A DNA stretch of 64,000 nucleotides from Planctomycetota bacterium (GTDB lineage: Bacteria > Planctomycetota > SZUA-567 > H5-PLA8). A program made the position numbers and the translations under genes. Below are positions 37,857 to 46,329 of the stretch, one piece after another (positions within the stretch are counted from its first letter, which is position 1; every line of letters begins with the position of its first letter). Under the pieces are notes generated by a model. It made no database searches, was not told where the DNA came from, and saw only the letters and a program-made list of their open reading frames with translations. The DNA is taken from the NCBI GenBank assembly GCA_038227875.1, contig JBBRPR010000014.1, positions 1 to 64,000 on the forward strand, in the 5' to 3' direction.

Positions 37857-39500
37857 CTAGTTCTCCACAACTCCCACGCCACGGCACGGGAAGATCTGCG
37901 CGGTCAGCGCGGTCGCTTCGAGCTGGCGCGGCAGGTAGTAGGCGCTGTTCAGGTTCTCGACAAGCATCTTGTAGCTCTCGAGTTTGCAGAGGATCGCGAC
38001 ACGCTGCGTGCCGGACCAGCGGGCGGCGAGGACGCCGGGAACGTTCAGGGCCAGATCGCAGAGCAGATCGGTTTCCAGCGAACTACCAGCAGAGCGGCCC
38101 GACTGACGCCAGAGCGGGTCGCCGTGTTCGGACATCGAGAGCAGTTCGTCGTCGCCGGTGCCGTGGAGGATCGGGCGGACGGATTCGACGCGGCCACTGG
38201 CGGTCAGTTCGTGGGAAACGGACGCTTCGCCCACCTGGCCGATGTTCATGAACGCAGCGATGCGGCCGAGATCGGCGTGGCGCAGGGCGTCACCGGCGCG
38301 GGCGGCGCGCTGGAGTTCAGCGAAGACGAAGAGTAGCTTTTCACGCGGGAAGTAGCCCTGCTTCGGATCGGGATGCTGCGTGAAGCGCTGCTTCAAATCC
38401 TTGGCGAACGACTCGGCGAGTCCGGATTCGAGTGCCGCGGAACGGGAGATGGCCTGCGGGATCTTCGTCAGCAGTTCCAGCAGCAGTTCGTCGGGCATGG
38501 TGAAGTCGCGGCCCGCGTCGGCGGTCGAGAGGCGCTTGAGCGCTTCCTTCTGGAAAAGAGCCATGCCGATCTGCGTGGTCGTCGCGCGGTAGCTGCCGTG
38601 ACCGGCGGGAGAGGCGTCGGGCACTCCGGCGTGAGCGATGACCAGGCAATGTCCGGCAAGCGTCGCCTTGGTCTTGGCGCGCGCGGGGCTGCGGCCTGCG
38701 TAGGTCAGTTCGTTGGGCATGCCGAAGAGCACCGAGCCCATGCTGCTGCGGCGGCCGGCGCAGCCCGACTGCGCTTCCGCGCACCAGCCGGCGAATTCGG
38801 CGAGCGGAATCTTGGCCCATTCGCCCGACGCGGCGGCGATCGAAGCCAGCGTGGCAGCGACGAGCGTGGTGTCCGAGTGCGACGTGTAGCCGGGCGGCAG
38901 AATGCTGCCGACGACGATGTTCAGGCCGGGAATGTTGAGCTCGACTTGTCCCGTCGGTCCCTTGTGGCGGTTGACGTAGTAGACCAGCGCGGCCTTCAGC
39001 GGCGCCGACCATCCGGTCGCGGCGCCGAAATTCTCAGCGGCGTAGGTGCGCCAATCCAGCGCGCGGGTTTTTGGCGCGGATGCAAAGAGATCAAATTCCA
39101 CCGGCGCGAACTGACCATCGACGTGCGCGACGGTGATCTTCTTGTCCGTGCGCGGCGAGACGCAGAGAACCGTCTCGTAACACGCGGCGCTGAGCGTCGA
39201 GCCGCCGAAGTCTTCGAGATGAAGTCCGACCAGGTCCAGGCTTTCCGGCGCGCGCATCAGGAAACATTTGGTGCCGTCGCCATGGAGCTCCGCGAACTTC
39301 TTCACCAGCGCCGTGTAAAGGTCGAGAACCTTGTTCTCAAACTTGGCCGGCGATTCATCGACCAGGCCGTGGTTGAGCTGGATCTTCGAAAGTATCAGCG
39401 TGCCGGGGACGCCGGGTTGCAACATCAACTGCCACATCTTCGGTGAACGCAGCGACGACAGCGGGACGATCGGTTCATTGCAGACAATCGGATTGGACAT
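37857..39500 (-). CDS. Galactokinase-like GHMP protein with degenerate motifs
   Basis: RAPESLDLVGLHLED for APGRVNLIGEHTDY; SSLETDLLCDLALNVPGVLAAR C-terminal signature. Confidence 0.8.
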   Translation of the reverse strand: MSNPIVCNEPIVPLSSLRSPKMWQLMLQPGVPGTLILSKIQLNHGLVDESPAKFENKVLDLYTALVKKFAELHGDGTKCFLMRAPESLDLVGLHLEDFGGSTLSAACYETVLCVSPRTDKKITVAHVDGQFAPVEFDLFASAPKTRALDWRTYAAENFGAATGWSAPLKAALVYYVNRHKGPTGQVELNIPGLNIVVGSILPPGYTSHSDTTLVAATLASIAAASGEWAKIPLAEFAGWCAEAQSGCAGRRSSMGSVLFGMPNELTYAGRSPARAKTKATLAGHCLVIAHAGVPDASPAGHGSYRATTTQIGMALFQKEALKRLSTADAGRDFTMPDELLLELLTKIPQAISRSAALESGLAESFAKDLKQRFTQHPDPKQGYFPREKLLFVFAELQRAARAGDALRHADLGRIAAFMNIGQVGEASVSHELTASGRVESVRPILHGTGDDELLSMSEHGDPLWRQSGRSAGSSLETDLLCDLALNVPGVLAARWSGTQRVAILCKLESYKMLVENLNSAYYLPRQLEATALTAQIFPCRGVGVVEN

Positions 39501-39565
39501 TGACTCGTAGACTCTCCTGGACAGCCCTTAGTTGCTGGGAATGGAAGTGAAAGGTGTCGAAAGCA

Positions 39566-40537
39566 TTATGCCTTGGCCAGCTCGTGGATGCACTTCAAGA
39601 TCGAGGCTTCCGAGGGCAGCGCGGCCGGTGTGCAGACCGGCACATCCAGCGCGCATTCGCGGCGGATCGGCGCATCGAGATCGTCGAAGCCGTGTTCCAT
39701 GATGCGCATCGCCAGTTCGCTGCTGAAGCCGCCATTGGACGGTGCATCGGCACAGAGCAGCAGGCGGCCGGTTTTCTTGAGCGATTCGAGCACGCAGACG
39801 AGGTCGACCGGCGTGAGCGTGCGCAGGTCGATCAACTCTGTTTGAATGCCGGACTGCGCCGCCGCTTTCTCGCACGCCGCGGCCGCTTTGCGGATGACGC
39901 TGCCGTAGCCGACGACGGTGAGGTCCTTGCCGCGGCGCAGCACGCGTGCGAGGCCGAAGGGAATTTCTGGAATCGCGACGGCGGTGTCTCCGCTGATGGC
40001 GTAGAGCTCCGGGAATTCAAAGAGCACCACCGGATTATCGTTGCCGTGGAGCGCGGTGCGCAGCAGGCCGCAGGCATCGGCGGAGGAAGAAGGGGAGGCG
40101 ACGAGCAGGCCGGGCACGTGCGTGCACCAGGATTCCCAGCCGTGAGTGCTATTGGACGCAGGTTCGGTGAGCACGCGGAGCGTGATCGGCGCGGCGAGCT
40201 GGCCGGAGGTCAGCCACGCCGTGCGGGTCGCGCCGGCGGCCAGGGAATCGAGCGCAAACGGGAGATCGTCGGGCGAGGAGAGTTCCACGACCGGTCGGTA
40301 ACCGCAGAGCGCCGCGCCGACGGCCGCAGAGACCAGCGCCGCGGCGCTGGCCGGCGAACTGCGGATGCGTTCAGCGCTGAATTTGTCGCGGAGTTCGCGG
40401 TAGACGGACCCGGCGTCACTGGGATGCGAATGGGCGGAGTCTTCACCGTGGATGAGCACAATCTTGGCGTTGGCGCGCATCTCGCGAGCCAGCGTGGTGA
40501 CCAGCAGATGTTCCTGAGTTTGCGTGTGTTCGCTCAT
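39566..40537 (-). CDS. 2-oxoacid dehydrogenase E1 beta-subunit homologue, degenerate
   Basis: GED, GAALCGYRPVVE, HVPGL, DNPVVLFE, IDLRTL, KKTGRL, LDAPIRR. Confidence 0.88.
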   Translation of the reverse strand: MSEHTQTQEHLLVTTLAREMRANAKIVLIHGEDSAHSHPSDAGSVYRELRDKFSAERIRSSPASAAALVSAAVGAALCGYRPVVELSSPDDLPFALDSLAAGATRTAWLTSGQLAAPITLRVLTEPASNSTHGWESWCTHVPGLLVASPSSSADACGLLRTALHGNDNPVVLFEFPELYAISGDTAVAIPEIPFGLARVLRRGKDLTVVGYGSVIRKAAAACEKAAAQSGIQTELIDLRTLTPVDLVCVLESLKKTGRLLLCADAPSNGGFSSELAMRIMEHGFDDLDAPIRRECALDVPVCTPAALPSEASILKCIHELAKA

Positions 40538-40773
40538 CGCGGCGCCAGCGAGCCCATTGCGTAAAGTTGACGTAAGTTGTGTAACAGATTGGGCGGGCGG
40601 ATCAACGGTAACGGCGGTTTTGGTGGGGGGCAGTAAATCACCGCTAACGACCAAAGACCCCAACGCAACATCCCGCGATAGACCATGGGAAATAGGGTGT
40701 ACTTATAAGAATTCGATAAGCTGCTCGCGTTGGTGTGTGTATCAGCAAATCCAGTCGACCATTTAATCCTATG

Positions 40774-42288
40774 TCATGGCAACGGGCTGATGGATATGTT
40801 GCCGGTGACCGACTCGATTCGAAGTTGGTGTGAGCCATCGCCGAGCGTGCCGTCAATTTTCTCACCGATATCATATTCACGCTTCTTTGCCTGAATCAGA
40901 CCCGGCACCGAACATTTAGCGCTGCCGTTGTTGCTCTCCGCATGGACTTTGGCGTTCAACGTGGGAGACAACCGCAGCCGGATCGAGCCGTTGCTTGCTT
41001 CAATTTTGGTGTCATCGGCAAGTACGGAGATATCGGCGGTGATGCTGCCGGTCACGCTCACTAATTTTTTGATTCCCGACGGCCCGGAGATGTCGATGCT
41101 GCCGTTTGACGCACTGGCCTCGATCAATCCGCCGCAGTTCTCCAGGCGAATCTTTCCCGTGATGCTTTCCAGGCGACCGGTCTGGGCAACGTCGCTGAGC
41201 TGAATGCCGCCATTGGACGCCGACGCGCTGGCCAGGCTGGCGGCGTTCTGAACTCGAATGGCGCCGGTCACCGTCGACAACGGGCCCACGTGTTTGGCGC
41301 CGCGAATCTGGATGCCCCCGTTGGAGGCTTCGGCGCTTTCCACGTCGCCCACGTCGCTGACGCGAATGGCGCCCGTGACGGAGGAGAGTTTGCCTGTGCC
41401 CTGGGTGCGCGCAATTTCAATGCTGCCGTTGGAGCACGAGGCGGTCACCACGCCCCGCAAGCCGTCCATTCGAATGGTTCCGGTGGTGGATTCCAGCACG
41501 GGTGTGCCGGCTGAGCCTACCACGTTAATATCCCCGGTGGATGTACGTACGTTGCCCAGGTTTCCGTTCCTGGGGATTCCAATCTCGTAGTCCACGTTGA
41601 ACAGAAGCGTGCTGTCCTTCGACTCCGTCCTGACGCTGACGTCGCCGTTGGCCTGTGTGCTCACGCGAACCGTGACGTTCTTGAGTGCATCCTTGTCCGC
41701 GCCGGCGGCGGCGGGTTCCAGGAGCCGCTTGCCGTTGATGATAATGATGGAGTTGACGCTGCCGGCATTTCCCAGCACGCTTTTGATGGCGTGAATGGTG
41801 AGTTGGTTGCCATCGATCTCTTTGATGCTGATCGTGCCACAAGTATTTTCCACGTGCAGCGCAGCGCGCGGACTCAGCGGGACTGTGGTCTCGAAAACGT
41901 CGGCGGTGGCGGTGGGGCTCGTGGGGTCAGCGATGTCAGCCTTCTCGGCGGGCTTCGGCGGCACGTCACGGTCCTCTTCAGCGACTGTCGTGCGCGAGTG
42001 ATCGGGGTTTGCGCCTTTGGCCACGGGAGTGGCCGGTTTGCGTCCCCACACCAGCGCCAGCCCGAGCATCAAGGCGACGAGCGCCGCGACGGCAATGGTC
42101 GGCCAGGCGGAAACCGCTTCTTCGCGCCGCGGCAAGGCATCGCCACTGGGCTCGTTCTGAAGACGCAGGCGCAACTGTGCCAGGCGGGCAGACGAGGGGA
42201 TCGTTTCCCGATCCGCGTCCCACCGCTGCAGTGCGCGTTGCAGCGCGGCCTGTTCCGGTTTTGAAAGATCCGTTTCGTCGGCGTTCAT
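40774..42288 (-). CDS. Anti-sigma-like membrane protein with DUF4097/adhesin-like beta-repeat domain
   Basis: Short N-terminal domain, one TM helix, alternating S.TG.I / SNG.I repeats; overlaps the ECF gene stop. Confidence 0.8.
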   Translation of the reverse strand: MNADETDLSKPEQAALQRALQRWDADRETIPSSARLAQLRLRLQNEPSGDALPRREEAVSAWPTIAVAALVALMLGLALVWGRKPATPVAKGANPDHSRTTVAEEDRDVPPKPAEKADIADPTSPTATADVFETTVPLSPRAALHVENTCGTISIKEIDGNQLTIHAIKSVLGNAGSVNSIIIINGKRLLEPAAAGADKDALKNVTVRVSTQANGDVSVRTESKDSTLLFNVDYEIGIPRNGNLGNVRTSTGDINVVGSAGTPVLESTTGTIRMDGLRGVVTASCSNGSIEIARTQGTGKLSSVTGAIRVSDVGDVESAEASNGGIQIRGAKHVGPLSTVTGAIRVQNAASLASASASNGGIQLSDVAQTGRLESITGKIRLENCGGLIEASASNGSIDISGPSGIKKLVSVTGSITADISVLADDTKIEASNGSIRLRLSPTLNAKVHAESNNGSAKCSVPGLIQAKKREYDIGEKIDGTLGDGSHQLRIESVTGNISISPLP

Positions 42289-42878
42289 GATTTGTGCTCC
42301 GGAGAAAGCAGCGTCCGCAGTTCTGCAATGGCGCGAAAAAGGCGCACCCGCACGTTGACGCCGGAATCGCCGATGATGCGGCCAATCTGCGCCGGCTCAA
42401 GATCGTGGAAAAACCGCAGTACCACGATTTCCCGCGCGGCCGCCGGTAATTTCTCAATCGCGGCCGTGACACGGCCGGCGTCTTCCAATGCCACGATCAT
42501 CTCATCGGGCGAAAGAGCCGGTTGCTGTCGCATCGGCGAGGGGTCGGAGGCGTGATCGAATTCCAGTTCCCCCCGCGCGCGCCGTTTGCGCAGCAGGCTC
42601 AGCGCCGTGTTGCGCGCGATGCAAAGCACCCAGGTGTCAAAGGACTGCCCGTCGCCGTCAAAGTTCGCCAGGTTTTTAAGCACCTGCAGCAGCGTGTCCT
42701 GAGTCACATCGTCGGACGCCGCTTTCTGCCGGACGATCGCGCGCGCCAGCGCGTGGATGCGGGGTTCCTGGCGTTCAATGATCTGCTCCAGCGCGGCATC
42801 GTCGCCGGACCGAGCCAGCGTCAATATCCTTGCCTGTTCCGCGGCGGAGGGCTCCTGAGGTCTGTTCATCGTGAGCAT
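42285..42878 (-). CDS. ECF sigma factor
   Basis: Region 2 (DDVTQDT, FDTWVLCIARN) and region 4 (LP...REIVVLRF...VRVRLFRA). Confidence 0.93.
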   Translation of the reverse strand: MLTMNRPQEPSAAEQARILTLARSGDDAALEQIIERQEPRIHALARAIVRQKAASDDVTQDTLLQVLKNLANFDGDGQSFDTWVLCIARNTALSLLRKRRARGELEFDHASDPSPMRQQPALSPDEMIVALEDAGRVTAAIEKLPAAAREIVVLRFFHDLEPAQIGRIIGDSGVNVRVRLFRAIAELRTLLSPEHKS

Positions 42879-43043
42879 ATGTTAGTGTCGTGATCCATTG
42901 CCGTGAAATTTTCTTTGTACAAATGAGTCTTCACGCAAGCCAACGCGCCAGCGCGCGCAGCGTTTCAAAATCCATGAAAAAAGAGACAGGGGACCTATTG
43001 ATTCTCACATGGTGCAACGCAACATGGGAGAAAGGACAATTCG

Positions 43044-43655
43044 TCAGGCGCCGCGCTTCCGGCTTTTTTGCATCTGGATAAAGAGCCAGACGCCGGCAGC
43101 GAGACTGAACAGCATCGACGCATGGCCGAGCATCCGCACCATCAGGCCGAGGCCTTCGCAGTGTTCGATCAGGCCGAAGTGCGAGAAGAGCCAGTGCCAA
43201 TCGTGGATGATGATGCCGTCGCCGCCTTCGGCCGAAACCAGCGGCAGGGCTTGGGCTCGGGCGTCCTGCATGTAGACGGACATGCTGACCAGATTGGTGC
43301 TCAGCCAGCCGAAGCAGAACGAGATCGCGAAATAGTCGCGCTGCTTGAGGAACATGAACATCGAGAAGATCGGCGCGGCGAGCTGCAGAATCGTACCGCC
43401 GGCGACATGAAAAAATTCACCGAAGGGGCGGAAGAGCAGATGGCCGCCTTCGTGGATCGGCAGATTTAAACTCTGCAGCGCATTCCAGCTCTCGGGCTCT
43501 TTGAATTGAGAGAACCCCAGCCACGCGGTGTAGAGCCACAGGATCGCGCGGATTTCCCAGCTGCGGCCCTTGCACCAATCGAGGATGTCTTCATAGAGCC
43601 CCGCGGCGAATTCGCTGACGCGCGTGCCGAAATCCGTTTCGCCGCTTCGGCTCAT
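43044..43655 (-). CDS. Membrane protein with HExxH motif (peptidase M50-like)
   Basis: LPIHEGGHLLF, AGG, HDW; ATGA overlap with the gluQ stop. Confidence 0.7.
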   Translation of the reverse strand: MSRSGETDFGTRVSEFAAGLYEDILDWCKGRSWEIRAILWLYTAWLGFSQFKEPESWNALQSLNLPIHEGGHLLFRPFGEFFHVAGGTILQLAAPIFSMFMFLKQRDYFAISFCFGWLSTNLVSMSVYMQDARAQALPLVSAEGGDGIIIHDWHWLFSHFGLIEHCEGLGLMVRMLGHASMLFSLAAGVWLFIQMQKSRKRGA

Positions 43656-44620
43656 TTTTTCGGCTGCTCCAGTTCGGCAAGTTTCTCGGGCGTCAACACC
43701 ACGCGCTCGCGGTTGACGGTACTCCACGACCACAGCGGGAGCAAATCGCGCGGCATCGCCGACGAGCCGCACGGCAGGCCCGACCAGCGCGCCAGCGTGG
43801 CGATAATGTGCGAGGGGGCGATGCCCGCCGCGCGGAGACTGGCGATGCGCGCGTCGCCGTGGCGCTTGGCCAGGCGCTTGCCGTCCGGTCCGACGACGAG
43901 TGGGACGTGGCCGAACCTGGGGATCGGCGCGCCGAGCAGCCGGTAGAGGAGAATCTGTCGGCCGGTGCTGGAGATCAAGTCGTCGCCGCGCACTACTTCA
44001 GTGACATTCATGGCGATGTCGTCGGCGACGACGGCCAGCTGATAGGCCGGATTGTCCGGACCTTTCGCGACGATAAAGTCGCCGATGGTATTGTACACGT
44101 CGATGGCGTGCGGGCCGCTGAGCAGATCCGTGTAGTCAACGCGACCAGGATCGACTTTGAGGCGCCACGCCGGCGCGCGGCCGGTGGGCGAAGCGGCGAT
44201 GGCGCTGGCTTCGTCGGCGAACTTCCCGCGGCAGAGGCCGGGGTAGCGCAATTCGCCCTCGGAGTCCGCGTCGCCTTCGTGCGGGGCACTCTGCGCCGCG
44301 GCGATGTCGCCGCGTGTGCAGATGCAGGGGTAGATCGCGCCGATTGCGCGGAGTCGCTCATGGATCTGCAGGTAATAGGCGCGCCGCTGAGTCTGGACGC
44401 AGCCGTCGGGGCCTTCGTCCCAGTCAAAGCCGAGCCACGTCAGGTCGTCGAGCATTTTCTCGGTGACACCGGGCTTGACGCGCGGCGAATCAAGATCCTC
44501 GACACGCATGATCACGCGCCCGTTTTGCGCGCGCGCGGAAAGCCACGCCCAGAGAAACGTCCGGATGTTTCCGAGATGGAGCGCGCCGGTGGGGGATGGC
44601 GCCAACCGGGAAGTGATCAT
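43652..44620 (-). CDS. gluQ: Glutamyl-Q tRNA(Asp) synthetase
   Basis: RLAPSPTGALHLGN, YPCICTR, YQLAVVADD, VVRGDDL, RLAKRHG; no anticodon-binding domain. Confidence 0.93.
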   Translation of the reverse strand: MITSRLAPSPTGALHLGNIRTFLWAWLSARAQNGRVIMRVEDLDSPRVKPGVTEKMLDDLTWLGFDWDEGPDGCVQTQRRAYYLQIHERLRAIGAIYPCICTRGDIAAAQSAPHEGDADSEGELRYPGLCRGKFADEASAIAASPTGRAPAWRLKVDPGRVDYTDLLSGPHAIDVYNTIGDFIVAKGPDNPAYQLAVVADDIAMNVTEVVRGDDLISSTGRQILLYRLLGAPIPRFGHVPLVVGPDGKRLAKRHGDARIASLRAAGIAPSHIIATLARWSGLPCGSSAMPRDLLPLWSWSTVNRERVVLTPEKLAELEQPKK

Positions 44621-44680
44621 TTTCCATTTTCCATCGGTCATTTTCCATTTTCCATCGGACCGGCAGCGCGCCGATGGAAA
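44617..44680. repeat. TTTTCCA heptamer repeat (two 21-bp units plus a short inverted arm)
   Basis: tcattttccattttccatcgg x2 then ccgatggaaa. Confidence 0.85.
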
Positions 44681-44858
44681 GAGACGTTGTGTGTCAGGGA
44701 GCAAGCGGCTGTTTGCTTGCTCCCTGCTCAAACGCTACGCATACAGAATTCGGCGCACTTCCGCCATGCGAAATCGAATCCGCTGGCGCGAAAAGTCGCG
44801 CGCAACAGCAAGAAGCAAGCATACGGCCGCTTGCTCCTTGACACACAGACCCGTCTCT
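44681..44858. repeat. REP-like doublet, GAGCAAGC family
   Basis: tgtgtgtcagggagcaagcggctgtttgcttgct versus agcaagcatacggccgcttgctccttgacacaca, inverted. Confidence 0.8.
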
Positions 44859-46177
44859 CACGACGGCAGTGTTTCGAAAATTCTCACATACGACCGATGC
44901 CGTCGCGGGTGGATTTTTCCGGCGGCGACGGCGGCGAGGACTGCGCAGCCCTTCTCGACGATGTGGGTGCAGTCGGGGAAGGCGCATTGGCCCTGCAGCT
45001 TGGCGATCTCGGGGAACCAGCCCCACAAATTGCGGCGGTCGGAATCGGCGGGCGTGAATTCGCGGACGCCGGGGGTGTCGATCACTTCGCAGTCGACGCC
45101 GGGCGCGAAAGTGAGCTGGAACAAGCGCGCGTGCGTGGTGGTGTGCTTGCCTTTTCCGGTCTGCGTGGAAATTTCGCCGGTCTTCACGATCTCGAGATCG
45201 AGGTTCGGATCCAGCACGCGCATCAAGCTCGATTTGCCCACGCCGCTGTGGCCGGTCAGCACGCTGCGGCCGCCGGCGAGCATCGCTTTCAGGCGCGTGA
45301 ATTCCTCGGCAGTGCTCTCCGGATCGCGCGCGCTGACGCGGATGACGGGGACGCCCAGCGATTCGTAGACGCGCAGGAGTTCAGCGTCGTCGGGTTTCAG
45401 TCCCAAATCGGCCTTGTTGAGCACCAGCGCGGCGGCCAGCCCGCTGGACGCGGCGCAGGCGAGCACGCGATCGACGAAACCCGGACGGAATTCCGGCTCG
45501 CCGGCCGACGAGACCACGACGACGCGGTCAATGTTCGCGGCGAGCGTCTGGATCGCGCGGCCGGACGGGTGGACGCGTCGGAATTCGTTGCGGCGCGCGA
45601 GCACCTTGGTCAGGATGCCGTGCAATCCGGCTTGAAACAGATCCTGCTCGCCGGACTGCGGCGGGACGACGACTTCGACGTTGTCTCCGGGCGCGACGAG
45701 ACTGGAGAGGCCCAGATCGAATTGCTGAAGCATGCCGCGGACGATCGTGCGCATGATCTCGTTGTTCTTCCAGCGCGGTGGAATGACGCTGCCGTCGGCG
45801 GCGAGTTCCTGATCCGGCGCGGTGAGCATGCGGGTGAGGAAGTTGCCTTTGCGGACTTCGACGACCACGCCGGCGCCGATCGTTCCGGAGAGCAATCGCG
45901 CGCCGAATTTCTGCGCGTCGCCGGTGGTCTCGACGCGCTTCTCGACTTCCGCGCGCTTCTCGGTCCGGTTGATGTCGTAAAGCGCTTCGTCACCCAGCCG
46001 CGAGAAATCTTTGGTGCGCGTGGCGTCGTCAGTGCGGCCGCGCCCGCTGCCCATCGTCCGCGGCGCGTCCCGCCCGCCGCGCTGTCGATGGTGCGAACCG
46101 TGTCCGCGATCGAACCCGCGCGACTTCGGCGCCTGATCACGACCGGCTGATTTTTTGGAGTGAGAACGACGACCCAT
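44858..46177 (-). CDS. rsgA: Ribosome small subunit-dependent GTPase
   Basis: AANID, NKADL, GHSGVGKSS, GKHTTT, DTPGVR, C.FPDC.H..E.GC. Confidence 0.96.
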   Translation of the reverse strand: MGRRSHSKKSAGRDQAPKSRGFDRGHGSHHRQRGGRDAPRTMGSGRGRTDDATRTKDFSRLGDEALYDINRTEKRAEVEKRVETTGDAQKFGARLLSGTIGAGVVVEVRKGNFLTRMLTAPDQELAADGSVIPPRWKNNEIMRTIVRGMLQQFDLGLSSLVAPGDNVEVVVPPQSGEQDLFQAGLHGILTKVLARRNEFRRVHPSGRAIQTLAANIDRVVVVSSAGEPEFRPGFVDRVLACAASSGLAAALVLNKADLGLKPDDAELLRVYESLGVPVIRVSARDPESTAEEFTRLKAMLAGGRSVLTGHSGVGKSSLMRVLDPNLDLEIVKTGEISTQTGKGKHTTTHARLFQLTFAPGVDCEVIDTPGVREFTPADSDRRNLWGWFPEIAKLQGQCAFPDCTHIVEKGCAVLAAVAAGKIHPRRHRSYVRIFETLPS

Positions 46178-46222
46178 GGCATTCCCGTATGCAAGGTGGT
46201 TAGTGCGGGGTTAGAGACGGAT

Positions 46223-46324
46223 TATTTTCCATTTCCATCGGTCATTTTCCATTTTCCATTTTCCATTGTCGCATGCGGAGGTCGGGGCGCTCAATGGAAA
46301 ATAGAAAATCAGAAATGGAAAATA
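46223..46324. repeat. TTTTCCA heptamer-ended inverted-repeat element
   Basis: tattttccatttccatcggtcattttccattttccattttccattg ... caatggaaaatagaaaatcagaaatggaaaata. Confidence 0.85.
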
Positions 46325-46329
46325 TCAGT

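Noticed and set aside
44621..44731. N-terminal extension of GluQ (DGKWKMTDGKWKM)
   Set aside because: It is translated repeat DNA; family similarity begins at MITSRLAPSPTG.
43808..46150. 780-aa plus-strand ORF
   Set aside because: Antisense shadow of gluQ and rsgA; no motifs; expected in high-GC DNA.
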